Source of the DNA: Raillietiella orientalis
Lineage: Eukaryota
Length of the DNA stretch: 64,000 nucleotides
Assembly: GCA_036172245.1 (NCBI GenBank)
Contig: JAYWIR010000008.1
Location: 1,860,001-1,924,000 of the forward strand
Direction: 5' to 3'
Notes under the pieces: generated by a model
Told to the model about the DNA's origin: nothing
Seen by the model: only the letters and a program-made list of their open reading frames with translations
The model's database searches: none
Shown: in pieces, positions 38,201-51,700 of the stretch
How positions within the stretch are numbered: the first letter of the stretch is position 1
How the letters are laid out: each line of letters opens with the position of its first letter
Made by a program: the position numbers and the translations under genes

Positions 38201-40300
38201 GCGGCGACTTGAGATCTCCGCCGGCATAGAATGAGATGCTGAGCGGGGACGCAAGAACTCCATTATGACAATCTTCCGAATGAAAGAGAGAAACGCAGAA
38301 GATAATGCTTCGTTGGATTAATGGAGAACAATGCAGAGCAAGGAGCACTGAGAGTAATGGATGGCCATACCACGTGGAAGCGAGGCATTCGGGGCAGATT
38401 CCTAGAGAAATTCCTTCGACGGTAAAAAAAAACGCAGCTCCAGGAAAAGCATCAGTCTGAGATTCCTGTAGCGGCGGTCTTTCCTGACAGTAAGTGTGCA
38501 CGAGGTGCCGGTTATCAGACCATGACGTGGATTAGCATGAGAAGGCAGGAGTAAATCTCCAGAGCGGAGACATCAGACAGCAAAACAAAGAGTACACGAA
38601 ATTCACTCTGCAAGCTTAAGCCTCTGAGTGGTGATCATCGTGAGGATGAAAAACTGCACTCCGTTCATGGTATTTCATTCACTGCAAGAGAAAATAGCGG
38701 CAGGATGATGAATCTCGTTTCAGCTGATGGAATTGAAACAGAAATCATTGCTGGAACGTGAACAGTGGTCATATCAGCATGGAATCCGTTTCCGGTGATG
38801 AGGATGAGCTGAAAGCGCTCGAAATGCATAGCAGATCGGGATGAGCGGGAATTCCCCCAAGAATCCCCAGAGGTTCTGAAAGCTGGTGGACGCCCAGCAG
38901 GACTCTAAGGTGACTGAAAGGTCAAAGGGAGGAGGAGGAGACGCACTCGAACGTACTGAATGCTTGCTGTCTGCTGAAGGTGAGCATCACCACGTGAAAG
39001 AAACTCATAAGAACGCACGAACCCCCTTCAGTGTACTCCATATTTGATGGGAGCACGAAACGGACAACCCTTTGGCCTGCCTGTGCTTTCCTTGAAGAAA
39101 GTGGTTCGTGAAGTCACGCTGGAGTCACGCTTTCCATGTTTCTTAAAACGTTTCCCATGAAAATCTGAGAAGTGTCTCCTCTTGAAGAAGCCTTGACGAA
39201 GTCTTTGTCTCATCTTCAGAAGATGTATTATGCTCAGGCGTCAAATGAGATTACACGAGAGACAAACAGAAGGAGCGAATCACAGGAGACTTCTTCGCCT
39301 TCCCATCAGCTGGATAGGAACTCTTTCCTATCCTTTTGACAAAATTCCAAAAGAAAGAAGGATCCGTCCTCGTTTTTCAAGAAGCCTCACCAAAATTCCA
39401 CCCAACAAAAGGCATAGCTGGCATCTTCGTGTCGACTGACAAGCTTCACAGGAAAGCAGGAGGCATCTGAGGAAAGAGATCTCATGCAGTGGAAGTGAGA
39501 GGGAGCTGGTCACAACTCCAGGATCCGAAGAGTCAGGAAGCCCTGAGTTTCTACGAGGGATGGGCTTTCGAGAATGCAGTGGCGCCCTCCTTCCCCATGC
39601 GTACCGCTTCTGAAAGAGCTTCCCGCCTCGCAAGATCATTTTGCACGCACTTCAGCAAGCCAGAAGCCCTCCGCCACCCTTCCCTTAGAAGCAGCCTTTC
39701 TAGCAAGGTAAGTTGCTGCTATCCTTGCAGGAATGCTGGAGCTGCTGGAGAAGCGAGTGTTCTCAAACGCAACACGGAACACAAGTCGAGCTTGGAGGAC
39801 CATTCTAAGACTCACCACGCAGACACCGGTGTTCCTCTCCGACAGCCTCCCTTCCTTAACTAGAAGACAGAAAGCCACTGCTTTCGGTTTGCTTCAGCGT
39901 AAGAAATCTCAAGGGAACCTGCGGACAGAGCTGACATTTGTACCTTTGACAGGAAATCTCCTGATGGCCAATTCCTCGATGGGGGCAGAGTCTAAAACAC
40001 GACGGGAAATAAGGGAGGTCACATGATTTATGACTTCCAAAGCGGGAGAACGATGAACAACACCCACCAACTCACGGGAAGTGCCAGAAGAATAAATGCA
40101 GCGGAGGGAACAGGTAAGCAGAAACAAAAGTCACGGCTGGAGGGGATCAAAAAGGAGGAAAACCCTAAAGATTTGAGACAATAGATAAAATTAGAGGAAA
40201 TTGGGTGAGTTTCAAAACAAAAACAAAAAGCAAAGGGATCGTACCTCATAGTCAGGGCGGCGTCGTGATGTTCAGGAAATTGCAATCCTTTTGTATTTGA
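35230..40300 (+). pseudogene. Dcr: Dicer-like pseudogene copy G (LINE insertion at 36383-37360)
   Basis: DExD-like RKMLRLGASSLHNF (~35450-35491); HELICc-like PLFVACESVGAD (~37497-37532); RNase IIIb EALRHPS..CY..LELL/GEASVL (~39663-39765; cf. QAFTHAS..CYQRLEFLGDAIL). Confidence 0.55.
36383..37360 (-). mobile_element. LINE family B-related, 5'-truncated
   Basis: Perfect cccgg-tcatg-ccggg at 36391-36405; 3' UTR ccgacacgcaagccgg matches 26050-26065; coding remnant resembles 26300-26700. Confidence 0.65.
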
Positions 40301-42500
40301 AGACCAGTCAAAGAGGGGTCAGGTAAGAGTGTGTGATCTTTTGGCGCAACTTCTGGAATACATCGAATTCAACCTTAGGATGGAATTGCAAATCTGGGAA
40401 GAAATGGCACCACTGAAGACCAACGGAAACTTAGAAGATTAAAGACGGCAAAGAGTTGCTTCGAGCTCTCCGAGATAAAGGGGCTTGTGGATTCACCGTC
40501 CTGACCTGGATTAAATAGGGTAGGAAACTCTCACCGCATCTCTTAGAGTCACTGCCCACCGTGCATACTGTCCGCGAACAAAATTGGGAGATTCGGAGAT
40601 TGATTCACCCCTTTGGATCCTCCTCTTTCATTTCCACTGAAGGAAGTGCAAAGCATCCATAACTCTCATGTCCACGTGATGAAGTAGGAGACGAGATGAA
40701 TTTGCGAAAACGCTAGAAAGTGCTGCCAGTTCTCGAGATCCTGGAAGGATGGCACCATGTAATTGCATGCTGTAGGCTCTGTGAAGATGTAGCTCCACTA
40801 GATGACACCATGTACCACTAAACGCATCCTTTTGCATCTTGCCTCTAACAAAGAGACGAACGAATCGCGATGACCTTGTCCATCAGCAAACGGCGTTTTA
40901 TACGTATCCCCACTTCCGCTTAGCGCATCCAAAGTGATGATTTCACATCGTCCAGTGCTGACAGGCGCGATAAGCCGCGAATGACGCGGACGTTCGTTGA
41001 GTACCTTTTTCGCATAGCTGGCATCATGGAGGAAATAAAGCAACCCCTTGCCTGCAACAGAGTTCATCCAGTTCCGCATGCATGTATCACAGAGAAGAAG
41101 TCACCCCCTTTCTTGGTTTCCCAGGTGTGATCTCCCAAATCAGTCCACCCTTCGCCAGCTGCGGTATCCACAGTTACTCATTTTTTCAATGGTTTAGCTC
41201 TCCTCCATCTCATGGCAGCTTTCTGCTGCCCACATCATCAAGGTGTCGACATTTTCCCTCGTGTGCCATTTATGTTGGGAGGGAGTGCAGGCATGCGATG
41301 AGCAACTTTTCCACCATCTTCTCTCCAAAGTCATCCTTCCTACCCAGTCCTCTGTTCGAGGCTGCGGTCTTCAGGGATGTTACTCATCATCACAGCCAGT
41401 AATTTAACAGATTCTGTCAGTATATGTAAAAAGAGCACGCACGATCACTATCTTGAGGTGTTCCCATCCACGCAGAAGAATCTCTAGCCTGCGTTGGCGG
41501 TCGTGTGGCTGCAGTCCCTGCACACTGCACGAAGCGTTGCGGGTTCGAATCCCTTGTGGAGGATCGACACCGTGAAACAAACGCGTCGCAGGTTTCCAGT
41601 CCCCCCAGCAGGATGACGCTGGTTGGCCTCGATTGGCTTCGAGTACGGCACTGATGGAAGCCATACATCCCCGTTGACTGTCCGGGATTGGAAGCTGGGT
41701 CTCCAGGATCCTTCCAGGAATCAAGTAGCCATTTTCACCCCTTTGGGGTTCTCCTCCGGTGTGGAAATGGAGCCGTTTTCCCCCTCGGATGCCGACCCTC
41801 CATCGCGTGCCGTGGAGCTGGTTGACACCCCGCTCGGGGGTTGCTTCTCCATAGTGTCGGAATCAACGGACGAGCAGGAAGAAGGCGGTTGCAAATGTAC
41901 CTAAACGTATACATAGTGATTGTGTTATCCGATGCTGAGATGGTTACTATATTAGACTATAAGTACAAGTTGATGATATATAGCTTGACAGCATAAGAAC
42001 CCAATAAATTTATGAAAAAATTTGTAAAAAAAAGAATCTTCAACTCTTTGAGCACTTTGTCGTTCCTTCAGCTCCAAGCTCTCGATGATGCCTCAGCGAG
42101 TTCTCGCACTGACGACGCCTCTGGTGCTTTAGGACCAAGGATAGGAGGATGATTCGTCCCTGACCTTGGAGCAATAGAGCGTCGATCCGATCGATATCTG
42201 GGATTCGATCCCAGATATAAGCTGATCAGGAGCCGCTAGCCGTTCCGATGTTTCCGGGAAACGCAACGATTCGACCTCATTGGTCGTCATCTCTGCGGAG
42301 TAATCAGATTGGGGCTGCTGATCCAGTGGTCCCGCTTGTGAGGTAGGGATTCCTCCCACACATTTCCTACATGCTATTCTTGGGGGGTGCTGCTCACTCG
42401 AGCAGTGTCCTGACCCCCAACGCATGGATGTGAAACAAAAAAAGTCATCAAATGGTATAAAGATGCACAGCACAACATAACTTTCCCTCCTCCCGTTGAG
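40300..42500 (-). pseudogene. Dicer-like pseudogene copy H (partial: DUF283 to RNase IIIa; SINE at 41490-41870)
   Basis: IACRKC..QAGPLDQQ (~42312-42380; DUF283 end); GLLYFLHDASYAKKV (~41002-41046; cf. SILYRLHCLLTAEEL); HLVELHLHRAY..HG..RELAALSSVFANS (~40697-40805). Confidence 0.5.
41490..41870 (+). mobile_element. tRNA-derived SINE-like element, 3'-truncated
   Basis: B-box GGTTCGAATCC at 41542-41552; ggtttccagtcccc..caggatga..ctggttg and ctccatcgcgt..cgtggagctgg blocks shared with the other copies. Confidence 0.7.
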
Positions 42501-42549
42501 CACACTGGTGGAACCGGGAGACTAGGGAAGAGAAAAGAAAGAAAAGTCT

Positions 42550-45500
42550 AAGTTTTAAAGAGAATCTATGAGAGAAAGTTCTCTCAGACAGTAGGCCACC
42601 ACCTCAGCAAACCAGTCCTTTGCTCCTCCTCGTGCCCAGAGCAGTGCTTGGTGTGACCTCCCTTGATTGGAAAGACGCTGCATCTGCGTACTCTCATTTA
42701 CATACAACCCCACGATTCAGGCAGCGGAAGCACTGGATGTGTGGGAGGAGTGGTCTGTCAGGCACAGGTGTGCACGTCGGGATTTCTCTGAAAAGTTTTA
42801 CTGCAGGCAGCTTCATAGTCAGAGATTGAAATCACACAGCTATGGACCACGGAATCGAAGGTACTTCAGAAAACAGCCCTCGATAGGACTTCTCGGACCA
42901 CGCGAGGCCTTGGATGGCTTTCCACTTCGTAGAAAATAAAAATAAAAATGTCTGGCTCAACATCGAGGAATGGGGAATCCTGGTGCGGCTTCGCAGCTTT
43001 GTGGCAGGATGGGGAGTTTGGGACATCCTACGCGGCAGCGGGAGAAGTTTGAGTTTCCGGCGGCATCCCGGCTGTAGCCAGAGATTTGGAAATGAAGCCC
43101 TGCTCGGGCAAATTCATTCGTGGTACCATCGAGCACAGCAAAGGGTCGATAGGGCGTAGGGAGCAAGAAGAGGAGGTTGCAACGCAGATAAAGCAGCAGT
43201 CAGTAAAAAATGACGAAAATCTTAATTTCTGGATCCAGGGAAAACTTCAGAGTGCTCAACAGAGACGGTACTCATATACTTCCTGAGTGTGCACTTCGAC
43301 TACGCGCAGTAAGTCAAGTAAGTGGTGTATCGCCACCTCCATCTCGGGACCTCCAGGCATTTCTTTACTGCTCGGAAGACATGGACCAAGAAAGTGGGTA
43401 AAGTAGCCACAAGATACTTCACCATAGGAAGAACTTGCACCCTTAAGTCCAGGCTGCGAAGCTGGATTTGTCCACACGTGCTGTCTCACAAGTGTATGCC
43501 CTTTTTTTTTTTTTGATACATCACATGACCTCTTCCCATTGGACGAGCAAGTTCTTCTTCTTTCAATAAAAAAAAAAAAAAAACATTTTTGCGTAACTCT
43601 TCATGAATTAAGCAGCAATTGAGAGTCTACGGAAACTCTACCCACTGGTCGTCCGTGGTGCACTGAGAGGCTCGCCGGTCATTAGGAGAATTTCGTGGCT
43701 GCGGAGGAATGTTGAGTTTGATTCTCGGCCCATATATTACTCTCGGATCTTTTCCTGCGTGGATCCCACGTGTTTTCAAAAATCGGTTCCCGTGGAACGA
43801 AACTGCCGCAGTAGGGATTTCAGGACCGAAGAAACAAATGAAAAAAGATCCGGTTGCGTGTTTACACAAGCAGTGGGATCGCATTCGATGCCCCCTGAAA
43901 GTTCCATGTCCCCGGTTGCAGACGTCAGGAAGTACGCTGAGGGTACGCAGGATCAATAAACATTCAAGGAAGATCTATCGTGACGGTCATTCGGACAAAT
44001 CTGATCTCTGAAACAGCATTCAACACCACATGCAAAGTTGGACCGGAGACTCCCGCAACTGGGGTGGGGGCGTCGTTCGTTACGTGAAAGATGAGAGAAG
44101 CATAGACATCATCAAACCAGCGAAGCCAAATGCAACGTTTATGACGAAGAAGGTGTTTCCTTGTAAATATTGAAATCAAGACAAATATTAGTGGAAAAGA
44201 GGCACGTGACGTCTTCCCTAGGATAAACCAGGAATTGGATTTAAAATGTAACGGGAAGTGATAAAAGCGCAGGGTGAAAACCAAAGTGGTGCAAATGGAA
44301 ATGGCGGAAAAAAGGAGGCAAAAAAAATGAGAGGAGATTCTGAAATTTCCCTTTCCTCTCAGACATCCTCCATCAAACACGAAAATAAATGCTGGAAATA
44401 CGCAGAATCATGGAGAATTCTCAGTTGATTCATTATTTTGTCTTCAAATTCAATTATCATTTTGTGTTCTCACTTCCTCGGAGGAAATGAAGAAGGAAGT
44501 TGAACAAGGAAGGAGAAGTCTTCTACGAGGTAAGATAAGAGAGGTTCACCAAACGCCCTGGACTCGGTTCGAGGAGGGAGGGAGGGAGGGGGGATACTGG
44601 GGGATGAGCGTTCCGGATATACGGAGCAAAATTTTACACAATTTCTCCATGGAGAGGTTCGAAGCCGTGCTGAAGGATAGAGTGCGTTGCTGGGATGGAG
44701 CTGACGGCATGGATTGCGCCTCTGTAGAAGAAGTTGCGAGGTTCGGAGATTCAAGAAATGAACGATTGATTTCTGCTTCCGGTTCGACGGATTTGTAGCC
44801 TTTCCTGATTTCATTGAGGAATAGCGAAAATCTGAAAATGGACCGAAGATTATTCTACGCTGGAACGCAATTAAGGAAGAGTTGCACCCCGTGGTGAACG
44901 AATACGAAGGATTCCTGCATCCTGTGAGAGTGGAATTCGATGTCGAAAGGAATGCTGGGTGCGCTCCTGAGAGCTCAAGGTCACTGAAACACTTCATTAA
45001 ATCGAAGCGAGCACTCAGATGCAAGATGAGAGCACCTGGATTATAGACCACACCTGATTGTTCGTTACTTTTCAGGCTCTTTATGGATCAGTAAACACAG
45101 ATCATATCCGATGCCATGACAGCTGTCAGCACTGAGAAACAAGGAAGGCTGGGAGCCTACCCGCTTGCTGACGCGGAAAAGCTTTCCAGTGGTGCTTGTC
45201 CTGCGCTTCTTGGGCCTTACCGTCCCAGGAAAGATGCAGCCTCCCTTGTATACCAGTAAATCCTTTGCTGGAAACATTATCTAAGAGCCACTTCAGTGAT
45301 TACTCGAATGCGGCCGCGCATGGTGCCACGACCGCCAGAGGTGACCCAGGACTTCTTGGATCAGCGTGACAGAGAGTAATTGGTCCGCAATCTCTTTGGA
45401 AGAAAATCTCTCCAGAGCTGACAAACAATGATTTTCATCGATGGCTCCCAAAGGCGATAAGCCAAACAACTACGAATAGGCCCCTATTTTTCGAGAATAA
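42550..45500 (+). pseudogene. Dcr: Dicer-like pseudogene copy I (HELICc to RNase III)
   Basis: SGKFIRG..RREQEEEV (~43104-43158; cf. SNFITGHG..RKQEEVL); DGTHILPECAL (~43264-43296; cf. EGVDIPKCNL); GPKKQMKKDPVACLHKQ (~43823-43873); SKILHNF (~44625-44645); DSRNERL (~44748-44768). Confidence 0.6.
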
Positions 45501-45892
45501 AATCATATGCTGGAGCATTGGAAGAGATGGAATGCCGTGTCCCTCCTCCGCTCGGAAGCGGCAGGAAAAATCCGACATGCACGGACACAGCCGAAGAAAG
45601 CTGTCCTCCCCGCCGTTTTGTCGAGGCCGAGCCGACTCCCTCCCTCGCGCGTGCTGCGGAAGAGGAAAAGCGAAACTCGCAAAGGAAGGAGGCGCGCATC
45701 TCCCGCATGCTGGGGAAGGCAAGCGCAGGACGTGTGGCTTGCTTTGTCCCCAGGCTCCGCCGCGTGCTACATCACGGCAGGGGATTCTGAATCCGGAGTA
45801 GCTGACAGTTCCAGCCAGGGGACGAAGGGCGTGGCTCGCACGGGGCGCACACTTGGCGAAAGCGTGAGAGTGGCGGGCCGCCGGAGAAGCCG

Positions 45893-46550
45893 TTTTTCAC
45901 CCGGTCACTCCGGGGCGCCTGTTCCAAAGAACGAAACAAACAAGTCGGTAGCGCAGCTCCCCAAACAAAAACAAAACAACAAGAAGTTCGTAGGGGGGGG
46001 GGGAGGGGACAAGCTCCTTCTCTCTCAGGACCAGCTTGGGAAGCCAGCGATCTCCGGCTCGTCTTCTTGTTCCAGGCGGGGCCGGAGATCACCTGGCAGC
46101 CGTCCTCACGTTTGGGCGACGTCCTTCGCTGCGCCCGAGGCCCAAGCACGTGGCAGGCTGTGACGATGGCACGGGCGCAGCCCAACGCTCGGAAGTCTTC
46201 CTGACACGCGAGGAATCTCCGCAGCAGCAACCCCTCGGCGGTGTCCTCGGGGTGCAGGGGACACGGCCTCCTCCAAACTTGGTGGGGAGCACCGCAGTTT
46301 CATAAAAGGTGAGGGGACGGTTCGATCTCCCCGCACCTCAAACAAATGCAGACGTAAGTTCCTTAGAGACGAGGTTCGTTGCTGGTTGCACCGGAAGCCC
46401 CAGCGCGGAAACAGCAGCCCAACTGTTCCCACCTCACTCATTCTGTTCCAACCTCGATGGGGAAACCGAAGTGTCCAGATTCAAAAGAGGGACGGCAAGT
46501 TCTTCCTAGGTTACACTTAAAAGTTCCTCCCACTGAAGGACTTTTTTGGT
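45893..46550 (-). mobile_element. LINE family B-related, 5'-truncated
   Basis: LRRFL..CARAIVTACHVLG matches LRRFF..CIRAMVTARYVLG of the 18000 copy; perfect cccgg-tcact-ccggg at 45900-45914 followed (sense strand) by tgaaaaa. Confidence 0.75.
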
Positions 46551-46899
46551 ACTCTTAGCCGTCCAGGAGTTTCGCAACTCCTACAGTGGTGCTGGGGAGC
46601 TCCCACCCCGCCGGTTATCAACTGTCGTTGCTTGTCCTTAGGGCAGACAGCGTGCTGAGGTGCGTTTTCGCTGAGTTCCCTTATTGTGTACGCGCGGTTA
46701 AACTGAGTCGGTCGGGTCGTTGAGTCGTTGACCTTACAGTAGGACCTCTGAATCGGATACCATGCAGATGTCTTGCGAGGGCAGCCATGATGATGAATGC
46801 ACCGATGCTCTCAATACGAAAAGGGCAGACCGGAGACCGAGACCCGAGAGCGACCTGCGAGCAGTGATTGGAGAGATCCCTTAGAAGTACAGATCGTCG

Positions 46900-49800
46900 G
46901 CAGACAGGAACATAGTAGTACGTATCTGTTGGATGCAAACCTACGCCGCTGTGCAAGGCAGGGAAGATTATCAGATGAGGCTCATTAAAGAACTCCAGCA
47001 CCTTGGCACGCTGTCAGCAAACGTCGAAGAGTTGACGTTTTCTATCTGCTTGATCCTGATAGTTTATTTAAAAAACTAAATGAACATGCAAGAAGGAACA
47101 ATAGTCCTTAATGTGCAGGGTAAAAAATAAAAACAAAAGTTTATTGAGGAGGGCTGCTTGACTTTCAGTTCCGCTGTAATTACTAACTGGAGCCAGTTCG
47201 GAAGCTGGACAGCAAAGGAAGATTGGAAGTTTGAAGGCAGGAAACGGGGGACACCCGTTTGCTGCTTCACACGTACAGCCTCCGCAGCGTGCTGGTGATC
47301 TTCGTGCTAACTCACTGTTCCTGTTGCAGCTGGATACGTCTGGATGTCTTCTTCACGAGGAAGATGGCAATCCCGTCTCTTCCATTGCTGCTGGTGCAGC
47401 TGCAGAGATCAGAGAACGGTGACAGTTCTTCTAACGCAATGCAGCGCTGCCATGGCGGCGGAGTACGCGGGACTCTGTCGCGATAAGAACGGATGCAGCA
47501 GCAAGTCACAAGGAGGGCCATTCGAATGCAGGAGCTTTGGAGCGATGACTCCTTCTCAGGCAGCGGTGGGCGCCACAGTTCATTAGCAGGTGAGGGCGCG
47601 GTTCCATCGTCCCTCACACAGCACCTCTGTTCGGAACGATTCTGCTGGGCGGCAAACTCCTGGGGCTGTTTGCAAAATACAGTGCTGGCTCACCGACTAC
47701 CCAAGTCGCCAATATCATCAGACCTTAAGAAGTCGAAGGGCGTCAAAGCCGATCTGCTTACATCTATGGTCATCCATTTAATAGGGATCATCGTGGACCG
47801 TGCTCAGAGACAAGCAGTAGTGACCGATCAGGCGACGTTTGACACGGTGCGCACGAAGGGCAAATGTCCCACTGCCCTTTCAGGGCATGTATTGGTTGAC
47901 CGGAACGCGTAGGTCTGCGGAGAGGCACAGGGCAGCCATCCCGCACATCGACTGTAAAGTGGCTCGTGTTTGATGGATTGGAAAAGCAAATTTTCCCGTT
48001 TGTCTTCCCGAAGAGGGCGTGCCTGAAGAACCAGTGCACCCGCTTCAATCGTCTGAGTGACGAGCGAGCGGTGTACGAGGCCGGAGAAGCACTAAAGGCT
48101 TCCCGGAGAAAAAAAAAAAACGCGCAGAGGATGAGGAGGTCACTCTTCCGCAGAGAGTCCCTGTTCTCCGGGGGAGGCGACAGCTGTCCTTTGCTGCAGT
48201 CGAGGCACCGGGTTTCTGGGCGCACTATGTTCCACAGGTGACCGCTCCTTCCCGAAGTAGGAATGCAGTCCAGGAAAAAATCTGGGACCCCTACAAAAAT
48301 GGTGCAACCGCCGCCTCGCTTGCAAGCAGCGGAACTGTTCTGTAAAGCGTGGCCGGTGGACCCTCAGCCACCCTGCCTCCAAGTGAGCTGTGGGAACCCG
48401 ATCAGAGCAGACACATGGTCGGTCTCCGATGACGGTCAGCGACGATGGAGCAGTTACGAATACCCACGACGCGTCGTTTAAAGGAGCTTGTACGGCATGA
48501 ATTCCATTAAGGAGAAGCGGTAGTAAAGCTGGGGCCGCGCACCGTCCAGGGGAGGGAGTAGCACGCCTTCGCCGTCCAAGATGGTCCGGCTCTCCACGCC
48601 GAGTAAAAAGCGGGATCATCTTCCTGGGAATAATGAATGAGTATCCTTGCGCGTGCTCCTCTTGGGCTCACGAAACGCCAACCTCCTAGCAAACGACGCG
48701 AAGAGACAGGGATACAGAGAGAAGCTTTGATCACATGCGTCTGTTGGAGATACACAGAATCTTCAAGCACGTGGTCCAGGATATTCGAGGCACTATATTT
48801 GAGCTGAACTGAGGTTCCGCACACTCTCGAAGGGTCGGGTTTCTGTCCCAGCTGCCCGTACGGAAGGTTCGCGCAGGGTGCCCGTTTGGACGAGGACATG
48901 CGGATAAGGCAGCTGGTACGGAAGTGGTTCGAGTCTGTTGCAGTTCCCGTCGCCAACATCCATGCATTCCTCAACTCCCAACTTCACAGGATAAGGGAGT
49001 TGTTTCTGTTGGCACGCTGGCGAGAACAGGCCTCCATGCAGTGCCTCCTGTGCAAGGGACCTCAGAGCCCTCCTTCTTGCACGTGAGACACGGCCGCTGA
49101 GGTGGCGAGAGAAGGCTGAGGGGCCGTGCTGAGAGATGCAGGCTGACAGCCTCCTGGAAGGGGGAACTGGGGTGCCTGGACCTTCCTACAGCACCTTCCG
49201 CGCTCGACCAGCTTCAGCATGGATACGACAACCGCGGCCCCAAAAGGTGCATTGGCAGGGCGAAGGGAAAAAAATGTTTTCGGATCTGCTGTTCCATTGC
49301 ATTCTTTCCCGCGGAGGAATGCGGCAGTCGATGAGGGGCATTCTTGACTCCTTTGGATGACAACGCACAAGAGTTTTCCAACCCAGAGATGACTAATAGA
49401 GGGATAGCAGTTTGGGCTGCACAGGGGAAAGAACGGAACGGAACACCAAATGGAATCGTTCAACACGGGTGAATTGCGGCAGGAAAGTCGGAAAAAGTGA
49501 AAGAGGATTTTGTGGAACCTCTCAAGGATGCTGTAGAGAGCCTCTGTAGTGGCGGCTCCGTAAGATTCTTATGAGAGGGAAAGTGAACTTACTGCATCGC
49601 CTCAGAGAAACGGAATGTGGTTGCTTCCAAAGGAGGAAGAAATGACTCCTCGGAGGTCATCTGCGTTCGCGAGGGAAACGGCAAGAGAAGGCACTGTCGG
49701 GTTTGCCGGACCTCCAGAAAACCTATTGTGAATGGGTCCCTCCCGGAGGAGCACCGAAGGGCGGTTGTGCAGGGTGGCGGTGGATTGACGACAGCCACGA

Positions 49801-51700
49801 GGAAGCGGAGAGGGATCTCCCAGTCTGGTTCTTTCACTCGGTCATGCCGGGACGTCAATTGTGGAAAAAATATGAATTTTAACGATGAAGTGCGCACTTC
49901 CGCATGTTCTGGAGTTCTCTGCTCAGGAGCAGTAGTCGGAAGAGGCCCACGTGGGGAAATTAGAGGGACGGGAAATAAAAAAAAAAGTTATAAAGTGTTC
50001 GGGAGGTAAGGGAAGGGATCGCAGGTTGTTCCCTGGTGGCTTCTTCATCCGCGTAAGGCAAGCTCTCTCTGGTTGTGCTTCAGGTGAGGGCATCCCACAG
50101 GGATCCTTAGCAACGAAAGACGAAGGAGGTGGCTTCTTTGCTGCTCCGACCTCTGTCGTCTGGGTCTCAGCCACCACGATCCCACGGACGCTGTACAAAA
50201 CTGCGATCGTTGCGGCAGGCGACATCCCGTCACGCGTGAAGACGCCTCTGGATAAAATCCCGTCACGCCTCCCGACGCACTCAGGGAGTCTTCTGAGAAA
50301 TTCAGGAACGGTGGGGAAGGTTCCCCTTTCGCCGCACCTTCCGCACCCCAGGGCTGCGCTTCCCCTAGTCCAGAGGTAGAGGTGGGCGTTGAATAGGATG
50401 GCCCAATGCAGCAGACGCAACGCCGAGTCCTACCACTTCAGAAGAAGGAGAGCTGTCCAGGAAACCTGCGGGGATCTCTACTTCCTTTAACGGAATTCCA
50501 AGGAGATCCTCCAAACAAAGAATTCCTTTGGGGAGGACGGCGCAGGGTGAAAGCGTCCCGCATTTCGACTGATTCTTTTTTCCTGTCATCTTGCAGTTTA
50601 TTTCCCATCTTGCGGGATGGTGGCTGTCCTGGCTATTTCTCAGGGACGACAGCGTCGCAGCAAGAGTGGTTTGCTGGTCCCTCGGGATCTTTCTCGTGCA
50701 GCTCAGCATCTCCTTCAGTGAGAGTAAATGGAGTGCTGCAGACGTCTGCCCAGGTCTGAAGTGTTTCCTATTTCCAGGCACCACAGTTCGTCTGCGAGAA
50801 GGAGATTTAACTATGGTCCTGAGTCCAGACAACCATCTACTGAAGGTGGTAGTGGCATCAATGGGTGTTCCTAAACTCAGCTGCCAGGGCTGTTCTCAAC
50901 TGCAGTCGACGCGCCATCCTTTTTAGCGCCAGAACGCCGAGTCCAGCATCCCGATGTGGAGCACTTTCAAGCGGACTCGGAACCTCTGCGTGTCCCAAAA
51001 GACTTTTTTCAGGAGGACCTCGGTCCGCTTTTTTGAACCACTGGGACGGGGGACAGGCAAAAAGCCAAGGCCTTCTTGGAGGGCTGCTCCATCCACACAG
51101 TGAGAGACAGACTGCATCTCTTGAAACGCTTCTTCTTGAAACGTCTTCTCCTGTGCGTGAGGTCCTCCACATCTTCTTACGGCAGACTTTGCCGGAAAGC
51201 GGACGCGCAGGAGAGGCTTCTACCACTTCCACACTCTGGGCGCGAGCCACACGTGGAGCCCCTTGCGGAGAACGCAGCTTAGGCGGAGCGACAAACCAGG
51301 CGGCCGGGTGCTGCAGGTCCTCGGAACTCAGAGAAGGAGAGATCTGCACTTCACACGTGCGCAACTCGACGTGCGGATCCAACTCCTGGCAGCATGCGCG
51401 GCTGCAAAACGTATAGTGGGATGCACGGAGAGTTACTCCTCGAGGCTACCTCGCTCAAGCTGTGGAAGGAAATCCCCAGCCGGCTGAAGGGGCCTCTGCT
51501 ATCGAAGGATTCGAAAGAGGAGGAATGTGCCAGTGAGGCTGTCCTCCAGAGAACCCAAAAGGCCCTCAACCTACTGGAGGGCAGACCTGGAAAACCGATA
51601 AGAAGATCCTTCTCGCGATGAGAAATGCCACCGACAGCGGCGATGGCAGCAATTTGCTGCCTCCGCGGAATAGCGGCGGCCAGGACCGCCGCGGAAAAAG
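46900..51700 (+). pseudogene. Dcr: Dicer-like pseudogene copy J (uninterrupted, near full length)
   Basis: SVLVIF/GYVWMS (~47286-47350); LIGIIVDRAQRQAVV..SGH (~47778-47888; cf. LCGIIFVERRYTAVV..TGH); EEGV (48010-48021); KCALPHVL (~49879-49902); RNase IIIa QALSGCASGEG/SNER (~50059-50118; cf. QALTLSNASDGFNLER); RNase IIIb CSQL/RAIL, RSAFLNH (51021-51041; cf. RSALVNN), KPGGRVLQ/GEIC; dsRBD LEG..AAMAAICCL (~51575-51663). Confidence 0.7.

Noticed and set aside
39200..39830. LRRQMRLH / SSLEDHSKTH as C2H2 fingers
   Set aside because: Cys pairs are missing, and the overlapping frames give a better RNase IIIb match (EALRHPS..LELL/GEA).
50086..50560. GIPQGS and EFLWGG read as LINE RT / post-RT motifs
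   Set aside because: No YADD or KYLG at proper spacing; the surrounding motifs (QALS..SNER, RSAFLN, dsRBD end) fit Dicer RNase IIIa in order.
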